In this document: positions 11,781-23,084 of the stretch, piece by piece
Position numbering within the stretch: the first letter of the stretch is position 1
Layout: each line of letters starts with the position of its first letter
Made by a program: the position numbers and the translations under genes
The notes under the pieces: generated by a model
Told to the model about the DNA's origin: nothing
The model's input: only the letters and a program-made list of their open reading frames with translations
Databases searched by the model: none
NCBI RefSeq assembly: GCF_006345805.1
Contig: NC_043000.1
Span: 61,442,001 to 61,506,000, forward strand
DNA: 64,000 nucleotides
Direction: 5' to 3'
Origin: Octopus sinensis
Taxonomy: Eukaryota

Positions 11781-12444
11781 ACTAGCAGTATCGCCCGGCG
11801 TTGCTCGGGTTTGTAAGGGAAATAACTATATAAGCATTTTTAGAGAGTTATAGCAAAAAAATGCATTAAAAATGGAATAAAAAATGATGGTAATTTTTTT
11901 TTTAATCGTAGACTCATCGTAGACATTTTTAGAGAGTTACTTCCCGTATATAATAGCGAAAAAATGCATTAAAATGGAAAAAAATGATGGTAAATTTTTT
12001 TAAAAATCGTAGACTCAACGTAGACGCTTTCTTAGCCATTTCTGTTTTGGTGTCTTCAAGCCATGAAGTCGTTGTTCTAAAAGAACGCTGGTCTCCTTGA
12101 CAATGCGTTACGACGTTGATTTCCTTACACTCCCTTCCCCACAGCTTCACGAGGGAGGGAAGAAGGGGGAGAAGCAACACAGGTGCAGGTGTGACCATGG
12201 ACGCCAACTCCGCCGCTATCGACACACGAAAAAATATGCGTTAAAATGTAAAAAAATGATGTTAAATTATTTTTAAAACGTAGACTCATCGTAGACGCGC
12301 GCTAATACCCAGACGGGCTCGATATGAATCACGACTATAAGATACCCGAATTTGGTTAAACTGCACCGCAAAATGTGGGAGTAGTTAGGAATCTAAATCG
12401 TAGGAGACAAACACTCACACAACTACAGTTTTATATATAGAGAT
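11781..12444 (+). mobile_element. HINE/Helentron-like non-autonomous element, copy 1
   Basis: 5' ACTAGCAGTATCGCCCGGCGTTGCTCGGG hairpin; internal subrepeats (TTTTAGAGAGTTA, ATCGTAGACTCA); 3' CACTCACACAACTACAGTTTTATATATAGAGAT; inserted at a TA-rich site. Confidence 0.65.
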
Positions 12445-12542
12445 TTAACGCATTTCGTTTGTTCGTACGGTGCTTGTTCACTTCAAATGAAATTTCGCAG
12501 GCATGATGGAAGAAAATGTTAGTAGTTATTTAGCTGGCGGAC

Positions 12543-12600
12543 TTTGGCTGATGAGAAATCAGGCGTCTACGTGGTGCTAAATTTCGAAACCGGTACCGAG
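12543..12600 (+). ncRNA. Type I hammerhead ribozyme with intact catalytic core
   Basis: Stem I TTTGG/CCGAG; CTGATGA 12548-54; stem II GAAAT/ATTTC; GAAA 12586-89; palindromic stem III ACCGGT; GUA triplet with predicted cleavage after 12595. Confidence 0.75.
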
Positions 12601-12994
12601 TTGACCAGCATTTACTTGTTCTGAGCCATTTGAGGTAAGACATTAATATTGTTCACTGATATTTTTTCCTATTCTCTTCCTATCTTGTCTGTCATAGATT
12701 TGTGACTTTTCGGTGGTACAGAAGTATTTTTTTACTTCTATAATTAGGGATATAGGTACTCATGTAGTACCCTTGTTTATATATGTACATATCTAATATT
12801 GTATGTATATATTTTATTAATTTACCTGTACGGCTAATAATTCACTTACCACTTGTGATGGTATTTTAATAATACCATCCCTATATATATATATATATAT
12901 ATATTATAATATATATATATAATATATATATATATATATGTTGAAGCGCACAAATACACTCACACACAGAGCACACTATATATATATATATATG

Positions 12995-13059
<65 letters not shown>

Positions 13060-13066
13060 TATATAT

Positions 13067-13564
13067 ACTAGCAGTATCGCCCGGCGTTGCTCGGGTTTGT
13101 AAGGGAAGTAACTATATAAGCATTTTTAGAGAGTTACTTCCCTTATAGATGCCAATTCGGGCTTTCTTAGCCATTTCTGTTTTGGTGTCTTCAAGCCATG
13201 AAGTCGTTGTTCTAAAAGAACGCTCGTCTCCTTGACAACGCTTTACGAAGTTGATTTCCTTACACTCCCTTCCCCACAGCTTCACGAGGGAGGGTAGAAC
13301 GGAGAGAAGCAAACAGGTGCAGGTGTGACCATGGACGCCAACTCCGCCGCCATCGACACACGAAAAATTATGCATTAAAATGGAATAAAAAATGATGTTA
13401 AATTATTTTTAAAATCGTAGACTCATTGTAGACGCGCGCTAATACTCAGACGAGCTCGATATGAATCACGACTATAAGATACCCGAATTTGGTTAAACTG
13501 CATCGCAAAATGTGGGAGTAGTTAGGAATCTAAATCGAAGGGGACAGACACTCACACAACTACA

Positions 13565-13575
<11 letters not shown>
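13067..13575 (+). mobile_element. HINE/Helentron-like element, copy 2 (lacks one internal subrepeat)
   Basis: Same termini as 11781-12444; roughly 90% identical over the shared body by eye. Confidence 0.65.
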
Positions 13576-13632
<57 letters not shown>

Positions 13633-13682
13633 ATTAGGTGAACACTTGGTGAAATTGATTAATTAATTTTACCCTCAATTGT

Positions 13683-13728
<46 letters not shown>

Positions 13729-14554
13729 ATATGTATATATAATGAAATATACATACATAAGCACATATGCATGCGTGTTAACCTTTCTGAAATTCAATGA
13801 AGGTAGAGATAACGCTGAGTTTCTCACCGCTAAGAACACTATCAGTTAAAAATCCGAAGTAAACAAGTATGATGATTACAACAAATATATTTATTCGGTT
13901 TGCAATATCTTCCTCATGCTTCTCAGCATACTCGGAGTCCTTCAGTGGGTCATAGGCACTGCCGTTACCCTTAAAAAATACATTCCTTTATTAATGTATA
14001 TAAGTTCAAAAACATCGTATTGATTATATTATCTTAGTCTTCATTTAAAAATATCTACATAACACGTGACAAATAAATATCACCTGAAACGCTTACTGTA
14101 TATAAATATTCATTACGGCAATAATTATTATATTCATGAAGCATCGAGTTCCTAATGGATGAGTAAAATCACAAGTAAGTTCAGAAATGTTATCTATCAT
14201 CTGATACTTTTCTCCTTGCTTTGCTTATTTCCTTCAAAGTATGCTATTAAAAAGCCTAATTGCTTGCTTCACGCAGAAGCCACTTAAGAATGATACGTGT
14301 TCTAATTTTAGATTGATAACAAGAAACAGTATGGAATTAAAAGCTGAAATACACTGGCGTATAAAGAGAAGGTTAACATATTAACTAAGTGTTACTATAA
14401 CATGAAATACACCTAATAATACTGGAATAGATAATTTATTTTCAGTGTCTTCTTTTGTTCTATATATATATATGACTTAGCCAGAGGAGAATCGACAGAT
14501 TGGTGAGATGGGCTGGGAACCACGCAATTCTAGATTTCTTCCATATACCATTGT

Positions 14555-14760
14555 CATCTGTTACAGACGTTTTGACTATTTACACATTAGAAGTTCTATT
14601 CTAAAGCCCATGCTTCTGGAAATGTTTGAGGAAGATGACGCCTTGCTCATTGATGCTCGTCTCATCTACACCGATACTACCCAAGAAAAAGACGAGTTCG
14701 ATGAAGCATTTACCAGTGTCGTTAGGAAGCAGAGGTTATCCCATCCAGCGCTCAAATAAT
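14555..14760 (+). pseudogene. Possible degraded LINE endonuclease fragment (alternatively a host exon)
   Basis: Peptide ..LIYTDTTQEKDEFDEAFTSVVRK resembles the RTE APE motif YAPT..E.KDEFYE.L. Weak, by-eye similarity only. Confidence 0.3.
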
Positions 14761-16639
14761 TCCACAAACCCATCGACATGGACTGGCAGGAAAAAGTTGA
14801 CTTTGAAACAGTAAGGTAGTCTAACTGACTTCCGAATGGCTTTACCAATTCGCTGTAAATTTTGCGCTGACATGAAATCTGAGAATTACACTGCTATAAA
14901 AGTAGTTAATATTATCTAAGAAGAGCAATTGGTGAATGATAGAAACGGCAGCTTGTCATTGAAGATACTTTGAGACATTTAGCAATGTTTTACGTTCTGA
15001 ATATTAAAGCGTCTGTTTCTCAATTCGATGACAATGTAGCAATTTCAATTTTAATCACCTATACTCCTTCCTCATTAAAGTTTAGGCCTGGTGCCGCAGA
15101 AAGATATTGCTACCATTTAATTTGAGGGCATATGTATATACCAAGAGTAAAGTCCTACATGAGTAAATTATTTATTTCTATGACATATAATATTCTCGTT
15201 AACACTGAGGATTTTGTCTTTGTGAAAAATACGAATACCCATTTACACATTCTAAATAGATTATATTAGTAAGGGCATTTTTGTCGTAAAATCCCCCAAA
15301 CAATTTATGTATTATAATACGTTGTATCAGATAATGTCATTTATAATTCTGGTGCACAACGTCAAATTTCTTTTGAGAAAGATTATAATAAATTGAACTT
15401 AACTCATCTTTCAAATGATTCAAAAAGGAAATTCCTTCAAACGGTAGGCAGTATATGACCCTTTTCAATCTGGAGATCAATAAGGATGACAAAAGTTTGA
15501 TTTATGAGACTATAGTGGTTATAATCTTATGACAAGATGAAACGAATAAACTGACTGAAACTGTTCACACTTATTTAAATACTCAAGCGCTTGGTAAAAC
15601 TTTTTGTATGTAACCAGTGAAGCGAGCTATTAAAATTTGTTTTAGTGACTGGCCATTCGAGAGCAAAGAAGAGTGTATTGTTAGGTATGTGAGAGAGATA
15701 TTTTGTAAATTTTCAGATATTTCCGTAGTAGCCAGTGATACTGTAAAGAATCGAAAAATAATTGGTATGTGAGGAAGTCTGTTGAACACAATTTCACCGT
15801 AGTATATGAGTTACATAGCCTTTTGGACTTTCCAAATAGACAATTGCACGTATGAAGCTGGTCATTGAATTCATAGATATTTGAAATACAAGTAGAAATA
15901 GACTGTGATAGAATTAAGAATAAAATGGAAATTTTGAATGATTGAATGAATAATGTTCATATTGTGTCATTATTGTTTTGGAGACCGAGTAGGAGTTTGC
16001 TAATACAATATTGACAATAAATTGCAACTGATGTTTAATTTAATTAGTGGTTTTGAGCTCTAGGTTATAAGTCACCCTGAAAATTACTATAGCTTAAATA
16101 TATTTAACATATTAGTCCCGGACATTATCAGAAACCTTGTTATCTGTATCTGCAGAAAGTTCCTATAAGTTCATTTTACTACAATAGCCAAGATTTACTG
16201 AAGACAAAATACTAAATATGAAGAAGATCGATAAAAGAGACATCAAATATATTTATAAGTCATTAATAACCTAGTAAATCATACTCTGTGAGTCATACAA
16301 TCAAATTAAACACAAAAGGATTGCAAAATTGTTTTGTAGTGAAAGTTGTATGATCCTTTTGTTTAAAAAATACGTTTGTTTTTTATTAGAAGTGTAATTT
16401 ATAATAGCTATTTGGATTTATGTAACAAGGACACTATATTATATGCTTAAGAATTTTGTCATAATCTAGGTGATATAATTGTTAATGTGTGTTAAGGAGC
16501 AATATCATAGTCATTAAAATGTGGCACTTCATATTTCCGAGTGCTCTCCCAATATGCAAAATTTAACCTTTAATCCTTGTATAACCGGCGAATTGCTTCA
16601 AATTTAGTCAAAATGCTAGCAATTTCGAGGTTAGGTATT

Positions 16640-16806
16640 AGTCAATAATATCGACCATAATACTTGACCGATAGTTTATTTTATCGACCCCGAAGTGATT
16701 GAGATATTAATTTGGCCTCAGCTGGATCTGAACTCAGATTATTATGATCTGAAACAAATATCGCAAGCAATTTCCTCTGGGGCGCTAAATATTTCGCCCA
16801 TCCGCC
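16640..16806 (-). mobile_element. SINE family C, degraded
   Basis: TTTTATCGACCCCGAAG..GGATCTGAACTCAGA..GCTAAATATTTCGCC. Confidence 0.6.
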
Positions 16807-18989
16807 AAATGGGTAAGCAAAGAGGCCAGATACTGAACCTGTCAAAGAAACAAACTAGATCTTGGCCCGACTATAATGCTCAATACTCATTGAAAACTAT
16901 TCCTCAATACATGCAACAAATGCAGAAATTAAATAAATGATAAAAATGATGTTGTGAGTTTCATGTTTTTAGAAGTGAATTCACGAATTTACACCGCAAC
17001 TGTTATTGGGTTTTGAAAAAGTATATTAGATTTGGTTCAGCAAAAGCTTCCTTCTGATTCTCAATAACATACCATCCTATCAATGAAACTATTGATAGTA
17101 ATTTACTATTGCTATTATGTGTTAATGACCTATCTTCATTCTAATTACACCTATTCATTTATATTACTGTATTCAGTGTAAATTTAGTTTTAAAAAAAGA
17201 AACGAAATTGCAAAAATATTCTTTCAGATCCGTTCCAGAAATATCTGCTCTTCTGAATTTTTAAAATTCTTGAAACTGTTTCGTATTCCAGAGGCTGATT
17301 GTTTTTATAAATAAATTAAATGTAGCATTATACACGTATACACACACACAGATGCACGCGCACACGTACATAATTACATACACACATACACAAGCACATA
17401 TGTTAGTGCATGTGGGTATTATATTTAAATGTCAACTAGTACTCTATAGTCTTGAAAAATAATATCTTGAACGAAATGAATGAAAGTAAGTCTAATATTT
17501 ATCTGATAACGTATTTGAAATAATACTGCGAATTGTATTGGATATTTATATGTAAGATGTTAGCTGAAACACGTAGTTGCTGAATATATTAAATTCATTG
17601 TATCCGTGTTCTTCGAAACATCTTACTTTGGAGTCTATTAAAAACAGAGTGACGTATTTATTGATCTCATTCTATTTTGTTACTAAACAACGCAAATATG
17701 AAACATTGCCTGTCATTACGTATCAGTAAATTCTCAGTTGTCGATGTCAGTATACTGTTGAGAACATTATCATTAATACAAGCAGTTAAATTAGCCATGT
17801 ATTATTGTGAAGAGCACCGAGATGATTTTCAAGCAGTACATTTAACAATGTTCATTTAATTATTTAATAAAATTCAGATATTGTTCATACAGTGTCGATA
17901 TTTCAAAGAGCCAAGAAAAAATTATATTTTGAAAGCACTAGACGTAATTAGTTTGAATGTTCTGTACGTACAAGCAGCAGCAGGATTTCTTGTATAGCGT
18001 GGGATGCATTTCCATTTATTTTATTAGCGTAATAATTGAAATAAATGAGAAATAATTTTTGAATAAATTCTAAAGGTCACGTAAACACGCACATTTAATT
18101 AGAGTTATATTTTAGACAGCATGTTCGAGAATACATCAAATTAAAGAAACATTAGGTGTTGCAGTTTTTAACGTCTTTATTCAGTTCCCGATATAAAAGA
18201 AATATATAAAAACGAATTTACATTGATTCGGTAAATGTTTTCTTATAGCTCATTCCGTTATTTCAGGAGGCCCATAATTTTCTGCGTTATTTCTTTCGAG
18301 TTTCATACAGAAAAATAGCTAACTCTAATAAAAAATATATTTGATAGATTTGTTTCTCGGAGTGATCAGATACAATAGGGTTGTGAAAATATATGTTTTT
18401 CATTTACCATTTCTGCTTGTATATGCGTTGTAGAGCGTGTACGTTTATGAAATCTAAACAATAGATAATAACATATTTGAAATAACCAGTATATTGCGTT
18501 GGAATTATTGTTTCTGCCTATTATTTCCGTGTTTAAAATTTAAAGAGAGATTATTTTTTTGAATTATTTTATTATTAGATTTATATTTCGCTCGTATAAA
18601 AGAGGTGCGGTAGTCAAAACATCAATGCATCGCACAAAATAAACTAGATTATTGAATTTCAATTCATTTGTATACGATTCCTAATAGAATGCATAGTAGG
18701 CTGATTTGTTGGTGTTAATATTTTAGAAATATACAAAAACAGTATTGCTCACAGAAACATAAATTACTCCTTTTGCATAGCTTTGGATATGTGTATGGCA
18801 GGAAATAACTTCATTTATTATGAGTTATGATCTTAAAGATAGAACCTCATCTACGACGCTTCACGAACTGACTCTCTGAAGGCTACACGCTCATTGGGCT
18901 GGAGGTTATTCCTGGTCACAAGTTGTATAAATGACCGATATTACGTCCATTCCTCTGGATAAGACGTGAGTTCACCGTGGAGTTATAAC

Positions 18990-19135
18990 CCAGCTGCTAC
19001 GAATCCTTGTTTCATTTGAGTTGACTGGAACGACGAAAAATTGAAGCGCTTTGTTCAAGAAAACAAATCGTTATTGCACCTACAATCTTACAATTGAGAG
19101 TCCATTGCCTTAACCAGTAAGCCGCACGACTTAAA
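18990..19135 (-). mobile_element. SINE family B-like head, degraded
   Basis: GTTGACTGGAACGACGAAAAATTGAAGCGCTTTGTTCAAG..CCTTAACCAGTAAGCCGCACG. Confidence 0.55.
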
Positions 19136-20142
19136 GCTTTAGAATGATATATATTTATTTAGTCTTCTTTCTTGAATACGTTTATCTTGCAAATTAATGT
19201 ACTATGTGTTTTTTTTATTCAATCTTTTGAAAACTTCACAATTGACAACTGAATAAGTATTCATTACAATCACTGAAACGCTGCTCACAATATTTTACTT
19301 CACAGAATGCTTCACAACGATAAGCAAAAATTTTAAAAAACCAGAAAAGACAAACAACAGCAAATAAATAGTCATCTAACCGTCAGCATAATCCTGATAT
19401 CAATGCTGAGGTATGTTCGACAAAATGATATATGGTAAGATAAATTTTAGTTTTGGGGAAAAGAAGCTATATTTGTTAGAAAATTTGAGAGAGAGACACT
19501 AACAACTCAAGCCGTTAAAATCGAATGACGTATCTGATACCGGTTTAGATATCATAGAATTACTGCATCTTGTCTTCTTTTCTCAGCAACTTCCTTTGCT
19601 GGTAGGATTTATTGTAAATTATTTAAAAGTTTAAACAGAACGTTACAAGAAGAGAGCATTATCTAAATGTTTCTTCTATTGTTTTTGGTACAATTTAAAT
19701 CTCAAAGACAGCCTTCATAGAACTCTTACTTTGATGCTGTATCTTAAAGTGATAGTGATATTGATTGGAAAAAACAGTAAAACACCTCAAAGATGAGAAA
19801 ATCCAATTACTAATTTCATTTTAAAATAAATTTTCAGAAGTAAAAGAAAGTATCAAAGGTAATGAAAGCCATCAATTTCTACTGTAAATTCCGCGAACAA
19901 AAATTTATAGAAGTTCGAAACATTTTTGCCAATTTCACTCTAATTTTATTATTTTTCCAGTGAGTATAAAATTAAACTTCGTTTTCTTGCTAGACGAAAA
20001 TGTTAAATATTTAGACTTACAAAATACATTTACACGGAAAAAAAGTAGACGAAATCAAATGTGCATATAAAAAGTGGGTTTTGCGAATCAGATAAGAATT
20101 ACTTAGCGCCTTCTGCTGGTTTTCCCCGGGTTTATGCGTAAG

Positions 20143-20186
<44 letters not shown>

Positions 20187-20282
20187 CTGTGTGTGTATAT
20201 ACATATATGCTTGTACGTATATCAAAACAGATCAAAAGGCTGTTACCGCGACTAGGATTTTGAGGTGTATATATTTCCCAAA

Positions 20283-20460
20283 TTGGTCGTGGGGCCTGTC
20301 TGTCGCAGGATTACTTATTTTTACCAGCTGAATGGACTGGAGCAACGTGTAAAGAAGTGTTTTGCTCAAGGACACGACGCATCGCCCAGTTCATGGATCG
20401 AAACCACAATATTACGATCAAGACATCAACAGCGTAACCACTAAACTACGCACCTCCACA
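20283..20460 (-). mobile_element. SINE family B head fragment
   Basis: CAGCTGAATGGACTGGAGCAACGTG..TTGCTCAAGGACAC..AACCACTAAACTACGCACCTCCAC. Confidence 0.7.
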
Positions 20461-20461
20461 A

Positions 20462-20495
<34 letters not shown>

Positions 20496-20498
<3 letters not shown>

Positions 20499-21319
20499 TG
20501 TTACCTGTATAACAGACACACACACAGACATACATTCTCAATGCTATATTGTCCAGTATTTCCATTCATTTAAGACGATATGAAGGGGGATAGCTAGGAT
20601 TTTCCTTGCGATCTCTAGTTAGTTGAGTGACAGGTCAGACGCTTTCCTTTATGAGCTGGTAGCATAACATGCTTGGTATTGTTTTTCCCCAAATCTGCCA
20701 TTTTCAAGCAAGCATATGGCAAAAAGTGTTCCAGTCGTGACTCTCGCATTTTGATAGAGCACACGACCTATATTGTCTAATGTATAGTCATTATTGACTA
20801 TACAACTGTGTGACTTGCAGGAAATTTAGCTGAAACTTCCTGCAGGCCGTGACCGTACAAAGTATTGTTGAACTCTGACATAAGACAACATATATTTTCA
20901 TCTTCGGAGGAGGAAAATTCTGATATGCAGAGATTCAGCAGGTTTACCAATTTATATACTCTTCAGCCAAGCAAAAAGTCTGTCCTTTACTCACTGTTTT
21001 CTACTTATTCTGATTCAATTGTTCGAAATATGATCACTGTAAGTAGTGCTGTCAACACATACACACACACACACTACACACACACATACAGACATTTACA
21101 GATTCACACACGCACACGTATATACACAAATATGTATATAAATGTTATAGGCGCATGCGTGGCTGTGTGATAAATAGCTTGCTTAACATCCACATGGTTC
21201 CAGGTTCATTCCCACTGCGTGGCACCTTGGGCAAGTGTCTTCTACTATAGCCTCGGACCGACCAAAGCCTTGTGAGTGGATTTGGTAGAGGTAAACTGAA
21301 AGAAGCCCGTCGTATATAG

Positions 21320-21376
<57 letters not shown>

Positions 21377-22244
21377 ATATGTGTGTGTGTGTGTGGTGTG
21401 TGTGTGTGTGTGTGTGTGCGATGTTACCTGTATAACAGACACACACACAGACATACATTCTCAATGCTATATTGTCCAGTATTTCCATTCATTTAAGACG
21501 ATATGAAGGGGGATAGCTAGGATTTTCCTTGCGATCTCTAGTTAGTTGAGTGACAGGTCAGACGCTTTCCTTTATGAGCTGGTAGCATAACATGCTTGGT
21601 ATTGTTTTTCCCCAAATCTGCCATTTTCAAGCAAGCATATGGCAAAAAGTGTTCCAGTCGTGACTCTCGCATTTTGATAGAGCACACGACCTATATTGTC
21701 TAATGTATAGTCATTATTGACTATACAACTGTGTGACTTGCAGGAAATTTAGCTGAAACTTCCTGCAGGCCGTGACCGTACAAAGTATTGTTGAACTCTG
21801 ACATAAGACAACATATATTTTCATCTTCGGAGGAGGAAAATTCTGATATGCAGAGATTCAGCAGGTTTACCAATTTATATACTCTTCAGCCAAGCAAAAA
21901 GTCTGTCCTTTACTCACTGTTTTCTACTTATTCTGATTCAATTGTTCGAAATATGATCACTGTAAGTAGTGCTGTCAACACATACACACACACACACATA
22001 CACACACACATACAGACATTTACAGATTCACACACGCACACGTATATACACAAATATGTATATAAATGTTATAGGCGCATGCGTGGCTGTGTGATAAATA
22101 GCTTGCTTAACATCCACATGGTTCCAGGTTCATTCCCACTGCGTGGCACCTTGGGCAAGTGTCTTCTACTATAGCCTCGGACCGACCAAAGCCTTGTGAG
22201 TGGATTTGGTAGAGGTAAACTGAAAGAAGCCCGTCGTATATAGC

Positions 22245-22279
<35 letters not shown>

Positions 22280-22288
22280 TATATATAT

Positions 22289-22330
<42 letters not shown>
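20496..22330. repeat. Near-identical 923-bp tandem duplication with (TG)n at the breakpoints
   Basis: CGATGTTACC at 20496 and 21419. ORFs 20865 and 21788 share their first 70 or so residues (offset 923). The differences I saw lie in microsatellite tracts. Confidence 0.92.
21149..21320 (+). mobile_element. SINE family A 5' half (duplicated)
   Basis: Same head as the 22073 copy; the tail is absent because the duplication restarts at the internal (TG)n. Confidence 0.85.
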
Positions 22331-22335
<5 letters not shown>

Positions 22336-22546
22336 TTGTGTGTCTGTGTTTGTCCCCTAACATCGCTTGACAACCGATGCCGGTGTGCTTACGTCCTCGT
22401 AACATAGCGGTTCGGCAAAAGGGACCGATAGAATAAGTACTAGACTTCCAAAGAATAAGTCCTGGGGTCGATTTGCTCGATTAAAAAAAAGGCGGTGCTC
22501 CAGCATGGCCGCAGTCAAAGTACTGAAACAAGTAAAAGAGTAAAAG
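22073..22546 (+). mobile_element. SINE family A, full length
   Basis: Head + (TA)n(TG)n + tail ending in GAAACAAGTAAAAGAGTAAAAG. Confidence 0.85.
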
Positions 22547-22664
22547 TGATGCATATAAACGCACACACACACGTATACATATATATATACATTATCTTCA
22601 TTATAACATCAATGAGCATGATTGAAGGCTACAAGAAATATAAAGCAACACACTGAAGTACATT

Positions 22665-23084
22665 CTTTTCTTTTATTCTTTTACTTGTTTCAGTCATTTG
22701 ACTGTGGCCATGCTGGAGCACCGCCTTTAGTCGAGCATATCGACCCCAGGACTTATTCTTTGTAAGCCTAGTACTTATTCTATCGGTCTCTTTTGCCGTA
22801 CCGCTAAGTTACGGGGACGTAAACACACCCCCATCGGTTGTCAAGCGATGTTGGAGGGACAAACACAGACACACACACACACACACACACAAATATATAT
22901 ATATATATATACACATATATACGATGGGCTTCTTTCAGTTTTCGTCTACCAAATTCACTCACACGGCTTTGGTCGGCCCGAGGTTATACAGAAGATACTT
23001 GCCCAAGGTTCCACGCATTGGGACTGAACCCGGAACCATGTGGTTAGTAAGCAAGCTACATAACACACAGCCATTCCTACGCCT
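22665..23084 (-). mobile_element. SINE family A, full length, inverted relative to the 22073 copy
   Basis: TTTTACTTGTTTCAGTCATTTGACTG...GGGACTGAACCCGGAACCATGTGG..CACACAGCCATTCCTACGCCT. Confidence 0.85.

Larger units (their letters stand above)
11599..13575. repeat. Diverged tandem duplication, period 1120 bp (11599 vs 12719), each copy a roughly 170-bp unit + (TA)n + HINE
   Basis: CAGAAGTATTTTT...GATGGTATT..AATACCATCCCTATA occurs at 11599-11770 and 12719-12885, roughly 90% identical by eye. Confidence 0.85.

Noticed and set aside
12501-12634. Exon-like segment (TTTCGCAG ... GAG|GTAAGA)
   Set aside because: All three frames contain stops, and the sequence is better explained by the hammerhead-bearing repeat unit.
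13778-14376. TTAA-CCTT...AAGG-TTAA, a possible piggyBac-type MITE
   Set aside because: Only 4 bp of terminal complementarity; could be chance in AT-rich DNA.
20865-22174. Duplicated ORF MLNSDIRQHIFSSSEEENSDMQRF...
   Set aside because: It repeats only because of the 923-bp duplication, runs into microsatellite and SINE sequence, and has no recognisable domain.
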